Part shown: positions 48,724 to 57,964 of the stretch, piece by piece
Numbering within the stretch: position 1 is the stretch's first letter
How the letters are laid out: the number at the start of each line of letters is the position of its first letter
NCBI GenBank assembly: GCA_963826785.1
Contig: CAWGYD010000005.1
Location: 256,001 to 320,000 of the forward strand
Direction of reading: 5' to 3'
DNA: 64,000 nt
Source of the DNA: an uncultured delta proteobacterium
GTDB lineage: Bacteria > Desulfobacterota > Desulfobacteria > Desulfobacterales > Desulfosalsimonadaceae
The notes under the pieces: generated by a model
What the model saw: only the letters and a program-made list of their open reading frames with translations
Database searches by the model: none
Told to the model about the DNA's origin: nothing
Made by a program: the position numbers and the translations under genes

Positions 48724-50571
48724 GTGCGTCCGTAAAGGCGCCATATCAGCACGGTGTAAGTCCGTGTCGGGGTAAGCCAAGGCCCCGTAGTCGAGGGTAA
48801 CTGCGTCACCGCGAGGTGGGGTGGAGAGCAACCGGAGACGAACTGGCGGTCCGCAGGATGACGAACTTGATTCGGCGGGATGCAGCGACGAGCCTGCTCA
48901 TTCATGGTGAAGTCCGAAAATCGTCCGGTACGCTGGGTATTGGCGCGTAAAGCGGTGCCGGGGCGCATCACGTGGTTGGAGGTGGAACGCCGGAAAGGTG
49001 TGGCGAGATAAGCGGAGAGACCTGTTTGCGAGGTGACGCAGGCAGGAGTCAGAGCCTTCATAGTACCGAAGCAGCCGATGCTGCGGAAAGCGCGGGAAGC
49101 AAAACCGTGCCGAGGGAAGGGAGGCAGGAAGGTAGATGCGTGAAATCCAACGACAGGCAAAGCATAAGCAAAGCGCCGGCAGTGCCGGTAACGGCTAAGC
49201 AAGGCGCAGAGACCGGGCATCGGGACTGGTGCTGGGTGGAAGCCTCGATTTGGACGCCGCGCATGCTGGCGGCGCTGGAAAACGGCGTCAAAGGAGGCAA
49301 GTGGTTCAGCTTGATCGACAAGCTGGTTCGTCCCGGCACCCTGGAACTGGCGTGGCACAAGGTCGCGCGAAACAAGGGGGCGGCCGGAGTGGACGGGCAG
49401 AGCGTTGAGCGGTTTTCGTTGAAGGCGGATAAATATCTTAAGGAGCTGGAAGAAGCATTGAAGGCCGGCACTTACCGGCCGCAGCCGGTCAAGCGCGTGG
49501 AGATACCCAAAGGGCCGGGTCGCACTCGACCCCTGGGCATTCCGGCGGTAAAAGACCGCATCGTACAAACTGCGCTGAAGCTGGTAATAGAGCCGATTTT
49601 CGAATGGGACTTTCTGGATTCGAGCTATGGCTTTCGACCTGGACGCGGATGCAAAGACGCCCTGCGGGAGGTAGACGGTTTGATTAAGGCAGGCTACACG
49701 CACGTTGTGGACGCCGACCTTGCGAGCTACTTTGACACCATTCCGCATGACCGATTGATGATCCGAGTGCAGGAGCGCATCAGCGACGGGCGTATTCTGG
49801 ATCTGATTCGGGGATACCTGGGTCAGGATATCGTCCGTGGGCTGGAGCGCTGGACGCCGACCGGAGGAACTCCGCAAGGTGCGGTGATCAGTCCCCTGCT
49901 GGCGAACCTGTACCTGCATCCGCTGGATGTGCTGATGCGGACAAAAGGTTATCGCATGGTCCGATACGCAGATGACTTTGTGGTGATGTGTCCCAGTGCA
50001 GAGGCAGCGCAGTCGGCCCTGGCCGACATACGCGCCTGGGTAAAAGAAAATGAACTTACCCTGCATCCGGACAAAACCCACGTGGGAGACTGCACAGTAG
50101 AAGGACAAGGCTTTGACTTCCTGGGTTACCGGTTTGAAGCCGGAAAGCGATGGGTTCGAAAGAAAAGCCTCAAGTCCCTGCGGGAGCGTATACGGGCCAA
50201 AACCGGCCGATCCCGTGGAGAGAGCCTGGACCAGATAATAGGCAGTTTGAATCCGATGCTCATAGGTTGGTTTGGCTACTTCAAACATGCGAATCCATTT
50301 ACCTTTAAGATGATTGATGGTTTTGTCCGCCGCCGACTGCGATCTGTCTTGCGCAAACAAAAGCGACGACCGGGTATGGGTCGCTGCCTGGCCGATCATA
50401 AACGCTGGCCTAATGCATTTTTCGCTGAGCACGGGCTTTTCACCTTAACCGAAGCCCATGCTGTGGCGCGCCAGTCACGATGTTGAAACTACCAACTGGA
50501 GAGCCGTGTGCGGGAGAACCGCACGCACGGTTCGGAGGGCGGGGAGGGCGAGAGCCTTTCCCGACCCCTAT
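48724..50571 (+). mobile_element. Group II intron, copy 2 (1848 bp)
   Basis: GTGCG...CCCCTAT. Same length and identical translated IEP as copy 1, in inverted orientation. Confidence 0.96.
49140..50486 (+). CDS. ltrA: Group II intron reverse transcriptase/maturase
   Basis: RYADD; protein identical to copy 1. Confidence 0.95.
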   Translation: MKSNDRQSISKAPAVPVTAKQGAETGHRDWCWVEASIWTPRMLAALENGVKGGKWFSLIDKLVRPGTLELAWHKVARNKGAAGVDGQSVERFSLKADKYLKELEEALKAGTYRPQPVKRVEIPKGPGRTRPLGIPAVKDRIVQTALKLVIEPIFEWDFLDSSYGFRPGRGCKDALREVDGLIKAGYTHVVDADLASYFDTIPHDRLMIRVQERISDGRILDLIRGYLGQDIVRGLERWTPTGGTPQGAVISPLLANLYLHPLDVLMRTKGYRMVRYADDFVVMCPSAEAAQSALADIRAWVKENELTLHPDKTHVGDCTVEGQGFDFLGYRFEAGKRWVRKKSLKSLRERIRAKTGRSRGESLDQIIGSLNPMLIGWFGYFKHANPFTFKMIDGFVRRRLRSVLRKQKRRPGMGRCLADHKRWPNAFFAEHGLFTLTEAHAVARQSRC

Positions 50572-50683
50572 CGAAAGCGTAAATTCGGACTTTTTACGGG
50601 TTCATCAATATTGATTCTCTATATAATCGATATGTTTGCTTAGCCGGACGGTCCGACACCCCCCTTTATCCCCCCTGGAGGGG

Positions 50684-50928
50684 CATAAGCGCTGACTTAA
50701 CGCATAGTATCCCCCCCGTAATCATCCTTTATGTCATTCCGGCAGTCTTTTAGCCGGAATCCAATGAATAGCAAAGGGTGCCGTTTCTTTTATTTGCAAG
50801 AATGTATACCGCTGGTTGCCTGTTCATTTCGTCTTCCTGGATTCCGGCTTAAAGACTGCCGGAATGACGCTCTTAAGAGGAACGACAAATTAGAAGATAT
50901 TGCATCGGTCATTAAGTTAGCGCCTATG
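50684..50928 (-). mobile_element. GIY-YIG insertion cassette, copy 4 (245-bp deleted form)
   Basis: Same deletion junction as copy 2. TSD CCCTGGAGGGG at 50673-50683 and 50929-50939. Confidence 0.92.
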
Positions 50929-51205
50929 CCCTGGAGGGGGGAATTTTCCGATATCCCCCACTCCCCCCTTGAGGGGGGAATTAAAGGGGGGGTGTTTCGG
51001 CGTCAGCCACAACGCAATCACAGATAGTCTTATACTGTAAAAACAACCTATGGTTATGCGGAAGTTACACACTTCGCGGCATATTCACATAAACACTTTT
51101 CCCATTCAACCTTTATCTTTTCGTCGATTCCCTTCAGGAGGGGGGATAAAGGGGGAGTGCAAGCCGAACACAGGTAACACTTTGGAGCTTTAACTCAAAA
51201 AAAAC

Positions 51206-51236
51206 TGGATTCCGGATAAAAGCCTCCCGGAATGAC
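51206..51236 (-). repeat. CGTC-type REP hairpin
   Basis: TGGATTCCGGATAAAAGCCTCCCGGAATGAC. Confidence 0.7.
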
Positions 51237-51357
51237 TTAAAAGAGAAAATCCTGAATTTGTTAGGTCCCAACAAAGATTGACAACTCAATCCCTTTACAA
51301 TATTTTAATTTCATATTCAGACGGGAATTTGCAGCTTAAATTCAAACAATCAATGTT

Positions 51358-51488
51358 GATGAAGCCGTAAAAAGTCGGTTTTACGCTTTCGTCATTCCGG
51401 CGGAGGCCGGAATCTACTACAAACTAAGCTGGTTATAGACTCCGGTTTTCACCGGAGTGACGAACTTCGGACTTTTTGCGGGTTCATC
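51358..51488. mobile_element. REP-doublet MITE, copy E (empty, 131 bp)
   Basis: Same TIRs; TSD AATGTT. Confidence 0.92.
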
Positions 51489-51515
51489 AATGTTTATTAA
51501 ATCAAGAGAGAAACG

Positions 51516-51731
51516 ATGAGAGGCGAACTTACCGCTATAATTGAAAAGGCCCCCGGAGGTGGATATTGGGCCATTTGTCCGGAAATTCCTGGTGCCAATG
51601 GACAAGGTGAAACCATCGAAGAAACAAAAGATAATTTAAAAGAGGCTGTTCTGCTTATTCTGGAGGACCGGCTTGAAGACATCAAACGGGGCCTTCCCGA
51701 TGACATCATTCAGGATACGATAGCTCTCTGA
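51516..51731 (+). CDS. hicB: HicB antitoxin
   Basis: YWAICPEIPGANGQGETIEE..NLKEA. Confidence 0.88.
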   Translation: MRGELTAIIEKAPGGGYWAICPEIPGANGQGETIEETKDNLKEAVLLILEDRLEDIKRGLPDDIIQDTIAL

Positions 51732-51911
51732 TGAAACGAAAAGATCTTGAAAAAATGTTGCGTTTAGCCGGCTGTTATCTGAAGAGAGAAGGAAAAATCA
51801 CATTCCTTATGGATTAACCCCAGAACAGGCGTTTTGGAAGCCGTACCAAGGCATGCGGAATTAAAAGAACCTTTGGCAAGAAAGATCTTGAAAAGTTTAG
51901 ACGCAGCATAA
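51731..51911 (+). pseudogene. hicA: HicA toxin, +1 frameshift in an A5 run near 51795
   Basis: MKRKDLEKMLRLAGCYLKREGK, then SHSLWINP..AVPRHAE in the next frame. Confidence 0.82.
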
Positions 51912-52079
51912 TTCGACTTAACCCATCGCATCACCCCAGCGAGCATCCCCAGCGAGCATCCCCCAGCGAGCATCCCCCCAACGTCATTCCGGAGATCTTT
52001 TATCCGGAATCCATCTCCTTCATCCGGCATTCCGGCCCGATCCCACAAACATCTTGACAACACTGGTACCGGTCACCCA
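51901..52079 (+). repeat. Direct repeat, copy 1 (hicA 3' end plus REP hairpin); copy 2 is at 58535-58686
   Basis: ACGCAGCATAATTCGACTTAACCCATCGC...CGTCATTCCGGAGATCTTTTATCCGGAATCCATCT...GGTCACCCA. Includes three CCCCAGCGAGCAT units. Confidence 0.88.
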
Positions 52080-52295
52080 CAACGTTAATTTCTTCTTTCA
52101 TAGCAATCCATTCCCCATACAAGGAGGGCGCCCACAATCCATTCCCCCCTCGAGATGTGCGCCCAATCTCCATTCCTCCCCTTGAAAAGTGGAAGCCATT
52201 TTTCAAATCGTTGACGGGCCGGACCAAAAACTAATGATTATTTATTGCATATCCCCTCCAGCAAGTATATATTAAATGCCATTACTGGAGGAAAT

Positions 52296-52917
52296 ATGCA
52301 AGAAATTGGAGTGGATCTGCCGGATAGTGTCTGGCTCCAACATTATTTTGCTCATTATGCCAACCCCAAGGCGGTAATTGCGCGTCTTGTGCGCAACGGA
52401 GTGTTATATCGTCTCAAAAGAGGGCTTTATTTCAAGGCGGAAAAAAAAAGCGATCCTTACACCAAGGGAAAGGCTTCGAACCGCCTGTACGGTCCATCTT
52501 ATGTCTCTTTTGTCTATGCGCTCAGGTGGTACGGTCTTATACCGGAACATGTGGCGCACATCACTTCGGCAACAATGGGTAAGGGCAGAAAAAAAAGATA
52601 TGATACACCGTTGGGATCGTTTTTTTATCAGGATATCCCAGCGGATGCCTATCCTCATGGAATAGGCTTTGTCGGTGAGAGATCTGATCGGTTTTTGATG
52701 GCATCTCCGGAAAAAGCCCTTTGCGATGAATTATACCGGGTCTCCGGAATACGTTCCGTAAAGAGATTGAAGCACTCTCCTTTCGGATGATTTGCGGTTG
52801 GATCATGATATGCTGGGCAAGCTGAACCATAAAGAATTGATCTTATTCTCTGCAAAATACCACTCATCAACGTTGGATACGTTTATCAGGTATCTGGAAA
52901 GAGGTCGGGATGCGTGA
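52296..52917 (+). CDS. AbiEi-type antitoxin, frameshift near 52770
   Basis: LKRGLY, PSYVSF.YAL.WYGLIPE and ASPEKALCD. C-terminus DDLRLD is in another frame. Confidence 0.82.
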
Positions 52918-53791
52918 GGCCGCTGTACAATTATTCGAAGAATATCTGCAAAAAAATGACGGGGCCGTGGACAGGGCTTTGGCCGAGGTCATCCAGGTCA
53001 TCGCATTGCTGGGGCTGTCGCGTACGGATTTTTTTTCCCAGGCAGCATTTTACGGTGGCACCGCCCTGAGACTTTTGTATAATCTGGATAGATTTTCCGA
53101 AGATCTGGATTTTTCGCTGATTCAACCGGCAAAGGAGTTCCGGTTGTCAGCCTATCTGGCCGCCTTGCAGGCTGAAATGGAAGCATTCGGATTCATGGTG
53201 GATATTGAAGACCGAAAGAAAAGCACCGACACTTCCATTGAATCCGCTTTTATAAAAGCCAACACAAGAACGCATGTAATTCAGGCGGGAGTGCCGCACG
53301 CCATTGCAAAAAGAATCCACAGAAGCGCAATATGTAAAGTGAAACTTAAAGTCGACGTTGACCCGCCGCCGGGTGCTGAGTTTGATGCAAAGTATGTTGA
53401 TGATCCGGTTCCCTTTTCCATCCGGTCCTACTCCGGGCCGTCTCTACTGGCGGGGAAAATGGACGCGATTCTGTACCGGGGCTGGCAAAACCGTGTAAAA
53501 GGGCGGGACTGGTATGATTTCGCCTTTTTTGTTCGAAAAAAAATTCCGCTTTTACTACCGCACTTTGAAGCACGAATTCGGCAGAGAGGTGTCTACACCC
53601 GGCAAATCCCCTTGAGCCATGAAGAATGTGTGCAAATGATTGCGGATCGTATCAAAACAGTTGATTTTGGAGCGGCAAAAGCCGATGTCATTGCCTTTTT
53701 ACCCCATCCCGGGGATCTGGATGTATGGTCCAGGGATTATTTTGACCATGTGCTACGCAATTTGCGATTTCTTCCCGAATATACAGGCTAA
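52910..53791 (+). CDS. AbiEii-type nucleotidyltransferase toxin
   Basis: FYGGTALRL..LDRFSEDLDFS and KGRDWYD. Confidence 0.92.
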   Translation: MREAAVQLFEEYLQKNDGAVDRALAEVIQVIALLGLSRTDFFSQAAFYGGTALRLLYNLDRFSEDLDFSLIQPAKEFRLSAYLAALQAEMEAFGFMVDIEDRKKSTDTSIESAFIKANTRTHVIQAGVPHAIAKRIHRSAICKVKLKVDVDPPPGAEFDAKYVDDPVPFSIRSYSGPSLLAGKMDAILYRGWQNRVKGRDWYDFAFFVRKKIPLLLPHFEARIRQRGVYTRQIPLSHEECVQMIADRIKTVDFGAAKADVIAFLPHPGDLDVWSRDYFDHVLRNLRFLPEYTG

Positions 53792-53824
53792 AACAATTAG
53801 ATCGAAAATCTTTCTGAACCTCAC

Positions 53825-53859
53825 CGTCATTCCGGAGATTTTTTATCCGGAATCCATCT
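53825..53859 (+). repeat. CGTC-type REP hairpin after abiEii
   Basis: CGTCATTCCGGAGATTTTTTATCCGGAATCCATCT. Confidence 0.85.
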
Positions 53860-53872
53860 GTGAGCAGGGCCT

Positions 53873-53911
53873 TTGACAAATGAGGCAACATTAATTATTA
53901 TGTGGCCACAT
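53873..53911 (+). promoter_or_regulatory. Sigma-70 promoter with palindromic operator
   Basis: TTGACA-17-TATTAT overlapping the palindrome ATGTGGCCACAT. Confidence 0.7.
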
Positions 53912-53941
53912 TGATATCAATTAAACAGGAGAAGAATCGTC

Positions 53942-54211
53942 ATGGAAAGGGTCGGCATAAGAGAATTAAAAGAGAATATGAGCCGCTATATGAGCAAAAT
54001 CAGAACGGGGGAAAAAATTATTTTGACGGATCGAAAAAAGGAAATCGCCATCATAATGCCTCTTGGGAAAAAGCCCGGGGAAGAAAAACTCTATCAGCTG
54101 ATTCAGCAGGGATTGGCTTCCTGGGACGGCGGCATGCCGGAGGGCGTACCGGGAAGGATCGCCTCAAAGGGAAAGAGCGTATCTTCGGCAGTTATTGAAG
54201 ACCGGCGGTAA
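53942..54211 (+). CDS. Phd/YefM antitoxin
   Basis: VGIRELK..SRY..GEKIILTDR and AVIEDRR. Confidence 0.88.
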   Translation: MERVGIRELKENMSRYMSKIRTGEKIILTDRKKEIAIIMPLGKKPGEEKLYQLIQQGLASWDGGMPEGVPGRIASKGKSVSSAVIEDRR

Positions 54212-54213
54212 CC

Positions 54214-54957
54214 ATGATTCTGTATCTGGATACCAGCAGTCTGGTCAAATTATATGTGGAAGAAGCAGAATCAGCAGAGATTGAGAGCATTGTCAAATCA
54301 TCTGAAGCTGCCGCAACTTCGATCGTCGCTTATGCGGAGGCAAGAGCGGCTTTTGCCCGGCGATTCAGGGAAGGCGCCTTCACCCATGATGATTATAATC
54401 GCCTGAAACAGTACTTTGACAAGGATTGGCGCAATTACTTTGTTTTGAATGTCACAGAAGAAGTGATCGGCCTGGCGGGTAATCTTTCAGAAGAGCATGC
54501 ATTAAGGGGTTTTGATTCCATCCATTTGGCTTCGGCAGTCATATTGCACCGGAAGACATCCTCGCCCGTTGTATTCTCATGCTTTGATGAACAGCTCATG
54601 AAAGCAGCCACTCAGAAAGGACTTAACAAAAAATCGGAAACCTCCCGGGAGAAGACGGCTGTGAATCATGTACATTTTCAGTTGCTTCAAAAAATGGCAA
54701 AAAAATATGTCTGGTGGGAAATGCCCGATGCCGCCATGATCAGGCCTGAGCGCATTATCAAGCAGGTGATGAATATCGGTGATTTTGATGATGTCCTTCT
54801 GCTGGTTGAATCCCTGGGAGAGCCGTATTTACGGAAGATTTTGAAGAATGCCGAGGCCGGCGATTTTAATTCCCGATCCTGGACTTACTGGCATTACCGG
54901 CTGGGACTTGCCGAACCCGGCCATGTCCCCGCCCCGCCAAAGCGGAAAATTCAATGA
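54214..54957 (+). CDS. VapC/PIN toxin fused in frame to a second small TA-associated domain
   Basis: YLDTSSLVKLY..LRGFDSIHLAS..CFD, a linker, then KKYVWW..QVMNIG..RSWTYWHYRL. Confidence 0.78.
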   Translation: MILYLDTSSLVKLYVEEAESAEIESIVKSSEAAATSIVAYAEARAAFARRFREGAFTHDDYNRLKQYFDKDWRNYFVLNVTEEVIGLAGNLSEEHALRGFDSIHLASAVILHRKTSSPVVFSCFDEQLMKAATQKGLNKKSETSREKTAVNHVHFQLLQKMAKKYVWWEMPDAAMIRPERIIKQVMNIGDFDDVLLLVESLGEPYLRKILKNAEAGDFNSRSWTYWHYRLGLAEPGHVPAPPKRKIQ

Positions 54958-55288
54958 TCCGAACCTTTAAACCCCGCATGGATGTTCTGCCTCCTGCCCA
55001 GAAACGGTTATGGGGGAACTCCGCAACACCCAGTTCGAAGCAAAAGATTACCGGGATATTGCCGTCATGATCGCGGCCGGTATCAGCCTCTCCAAAGGGC
55101 TTGCCGGCGCGCGCGGAATGTATGGGCTGCAATTTCAGCCGATTGAAAGCCTGAAAGCGATGGTCTATTTTGAGGGTGGAGATCTGCATACGCTGAAACC
55201 CGAAGAAAAGGAAATCCTGATCCGCGCCGCCGGAAAGGTGCGTGACCTGCCGGTGGTTGAGATTGTCTCTCGCCATTTGGCGCTATGA
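54954..55288 (+). pseudogene. AbiEii-like nucleotidyltransferase with internal deletion and frameshift
   Basis: N-terminal PRMDVLPPAQKRLW is joined directly to C-terminal EAKDYRDI..LKAMVYF; the GGT/DxD core is missing. Confidence 0.65.
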
Positions 55289-55363
55289 ACCAAAAGAGGT
55301 TATCGGCAGCGGTTCATGCGCTGCGCAATTTGCGATTTCTTCCCGAATATAAAAGGAGCTTTC

Positions 55364-55759
55364 ATGCTGAAGCCCGATGATATGCACAAAGTACAACAAT
55401 TTTGTTCAACATACTCCGAAATAGCGGCAGCCTATCTCTTCGGGTCTTCGGCAACCGGCAAGGACCGTAAAAAAAGCGACATTGATATCGCCATTATGGT
55501 AAAATCTAAAATCGAGGCTATGGTGCGGGTCGAAATGGAAACGGCCCTTTCCACCCGACTGCATCGGGATGTCGATCTCGTGATTTTCGATCAGGGCTCT
55601 CCTCTTCTTCAGCATCAGATTCTGAAATACGGCCGCCTGGTCTATGAGGCGGATCCAAAAGAGCGTGTTCGGCAGGAAGTTTTTGCCCGAAATGCATATT
55701 TGGACAGCGCCTATTTGTACCGCAAGATCAAACCGGAGACCGCGCATGGTGGACATTGA
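55364..55759 (+). CDS. MNT (MntA-like) antitoxin
   Basis: AYLFGS..SDIDIA..VDLV. Confidence 0.9.
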   Translation: MLKPDDMHKVQQFCSTYSEIAAAYLFGSSATGKDRKKSDIDIAIMVKSKIEAMVRVEMETALSTRLHRDVDLVIFDQGSPLLQHQILKYGRLVYEADPKERVRQEVFARNAYLDSAYLYRKIKPETAHGGH

Positions 55760-56172
55760 GCTTCTTTCCAGAAAACTCTCACGCCTTCAGTGCTATGTGG
55801 ATGAGTTAAAGGCAGCCACGGATATTACCTGGGAAAAGTACCGATCCGATCTTCGGACCAAGAGCCTTTGTGGAGCGTTTTCTGCATCTTGCCATAGAAG
55901 AGGTGATCGACATCGCCAACCACATTGTCTCGTTTGAACAATGGCGGGAGCCTTCCGGATATCGGGATCTGTTGCAGATTCTTTCAGAAAAAGGAATTAT
56001 CCCGGAAAAACAGCTTCCCCGGTTTCAGAATATGGCTTCGTTCCGTAACATGCTGGTCCATCGCTACGAAAATATCGATGAAGAACTGGTTTACGGCATC
56101 TTCAGCAAACACTTGGCAGATTTTGAACTTTTTGCAGCCTTAATCATGCAATGGGTTAAAATATCCCACTAA
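55746..56172 (+). CDS. HEPN (DUF86/HepT-like) toxin, frameshift near 55862
   Basis: ERFLHLAIE..DIANH and FRNMLVHRY (RX4H). Confidence 0.85.
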
Positions 56173-56267
56173 CCCATCACCATCACACCCATAACCCCTA
56201 ACCCCTAACCACCCATAACCCATAACCCATAACTACCCATCCTACCCATCACCCATAACCCATCACC
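56170..56267. repeat. Imperfect (ACCCATA)n heptamer tract
   Basis: acccataacccctaacccctaacc... between convergent TA genes. Confidence 0.85.
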
Positions 56268-56482
56268 TATCGTTCCCTGGATTCTCTGACTGCCGTGATA
56301 ATATCTTTTGTAGTTGCCTTGGTTTGGATTCCAGGAACATCAAATGGAGATTTTTTGCTTTTTGTAAAAATTATTGAAAATGTTTCACCACCCCTTCTTT
56401 TGATAATAACTTCTTCATTTCTTGCGGTATTAAGAACATCAGCGAGACGCTGTCTTGCTTCAGAATATGTATATACTTTCAT
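56267..56482 (-). CDS. Phd-like antitoxin
   Basis: YTYSEARQRLADVL..EVIIKRR and SPFDVPGI. Confidence 0.85.
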   Translation of the reverse strand: MKVYTYSEARQRLADVLNTARNEEVIIKRRGGETFSIIFTKSKKSPFDVPGIQTKATTKDIITAVRESRER

Positions 56483-56489
56483 GATTGCT

Positions 56490-56879
56490 TTACTCCAAAA
56501 TTGTGATCCCCATCTCCCGCGCTACCCTTTGCATTCCAACGTCAAGCGTGAGTAACGGACTGCGAAGGTTTTCAGCGCATTTCAAAAAGTATGCATCATA
56601 TGCATATAGGTTAAATTTAATTGCGATGCTTAATGCTGATTTTATATCCGTTTTTCTTAAATCAACGGGTATCTGTTGAACAATCTCCCAAGCTGATTCG
56701 ACTTCTTCCTTTATTAAAACGTGTTTTTTCATCATTGCCGTCAATGCATTTCCAATTTCAAAAGGCAAAACATCAGGTGCAATTAATTCATGGCCTTCGG
56801 TAAATTGGATGATTTTTTCTTTTTCCGGCTCGTTCAAAGCAACTGCTATAAATGTATTTGTGTCAGCGACTATTTTCAT
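56490..56879 (-). CDS. VapC/PIN toxin (toxin-first order)
   Basis: VADTN, FEIGNAL, YAYDAYF and LLTLD. Confidence 0.9.
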   Translation of the reverse strand: MKIVADTNTFIAVALNEPEKEKIIQFTEGHELIAPDVLPFEIGNALTAMMKKHVLIKEEVESAWEIVQQIPVDLRKTDIKSALSIAIKFNLYAYDAYFLKCAENLRSPLLTLDVGMQRVAREMGITILE

Positions 56880-56886
56880 AGGTACA

Positions 56887-56915
56887 ATTGTACGCATTTC
56901 GCCCCCGGTTGTCAA
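56887..56915 (-). promoter_or_regulatory. Sigma-70 promoter, probably producing a leaderless mRNA
   Basis: TTGACA-17-TACAAT, ending 7 nt before the ATG at 56879. Confidence 0.7.
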
Positions 56916-57019
56916 ACCAAATTTCAGCGCGGCCCGAATGCCCCGCATAACCAGATGGCACCCCTAATAATCTAATAATCCAAAATCCACTTGATCCAGT
57001 TTGGTTTTATTTGGTATGG

Positions 57020-57056
57020 TTGGTTTAAAAAGACCTGCCAGGTCTTTTTAAACCAA
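57020..57056. repeat. Perfect 18-bp inverted repeat
   Basis: TTGGTTTAAAAAGACCTG-C-CAGGTCTTTTTAAACCAA, just upstream of the phd RBS. Confidence 0.85.
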
Positions 57057-57072
57057 AAGGAGTTGAATTATT

Positions 57073-57309
57073 ATGAAGATAGTCAATATTTCTGAGGCAA
57101 AAACCAATCTTTCCAAGCTGGTGGCGCTTGTTTACCGTGGAGAGAAGGTTGTTATTGCAAAAAACAACCTGCCGCTTGTGGATCTGGTTATTCATAAACC
57201 GGAAGGAAAAAGAAAACTCGGATTGCTGGCAGGCAAATTCACTGTTCCGGACAATATAATGGATGAGGATGCTGAAATAAACTCAATGTTCTATGGCAGT
57301 GATTCATGA
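57073..57309 (+). CDS. Phd/YefM antitoxin
   Basis: VNISEAKTNLSKL..GEKVVI and RKLG. Confidence 0.9.
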   Translation: MKIVNISEAKTNLSKLVALVYRGEKVVIAKNNLPLVDLVIHKPEGKRKLGLLAGKFTVPDNIMDEDAEINSMFYGSDS

Positions 57310-57677
57310 ATATCATCATTGATACCCATATTTTTCTCTGGGCATTGTCTGATCCGGAGAGGATAAGTGCTTCGAAACGTACGGCATTGGAAGATTTGTC
57401 CAATACGATCTATGTCAGTGCTGTCAGTATCGCTGAAATTATGATTAAGGCATCTGTCGGGAAGCTTGCGATAGACTTTAATCCGGCAGATATGGCTACC
57501 GAAAGCGGCTTCGCGCTTCTTGATTTCAGCGCGGAAGCAGCGTTGTTGCTCAAGGATATGCCATTTCACCATAAAGATCTTTTCGATCGCATGCTGATAG
57601 CGCAAAGCATTACAGACAACTTTCCGATAATGACGGAAAATCCGAAAATAGCGCTGTATGATTGCCGGGTAATGTGA
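57306..57677 (+). CDS. VapC/PIN toxin
   Basis: IDTHIFLW and HHKDLFDRMLIAQ. Confidence 0.9.
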   Translation: MNIIIDTHIFLWALSDPERISASKRTALEDLSNTIYVSAVSIAEIMIKASVGKLAIDFNPADMATESGFALLDFSAEAALLLKDMPFHHKDLFDRMLIAQSITDNFPIMTENPKIALYDCRVM

Positions 57678-57964
57678 TTATGTAATGGCATATCAGATAA
57701 CGCATTGCCACCTCCGCCCCATGTCGCGTCGTTTTCTTCTTCATGAAAAGGTGATTCAGCGGGTTTTCCCCAAAGATTTACAGAGAAAATACCAGTATGT
57801 CAGATCCATTTTATGTAAATAGACTGTATCCTTTTACATGCTCTAATTCGCATTAATGTTCACAATCGTTACAGTTCATCTTGTCATCTTGACATTTTGT
57901 CATTTATTACATATCTTAGTCTGTAAGCAATCAGCGTTTCAAACGATATCCAAAAGAGGACATT

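Larger units (their letters stand above)
48620..50606. mobile_element. REP-doublet MITE, copy D, interrupted by a group II intron in its right arm
   Basis: Same TIRs; TSD AATATT on both sides; 139 bp without the intron. Confidence 0.9.
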
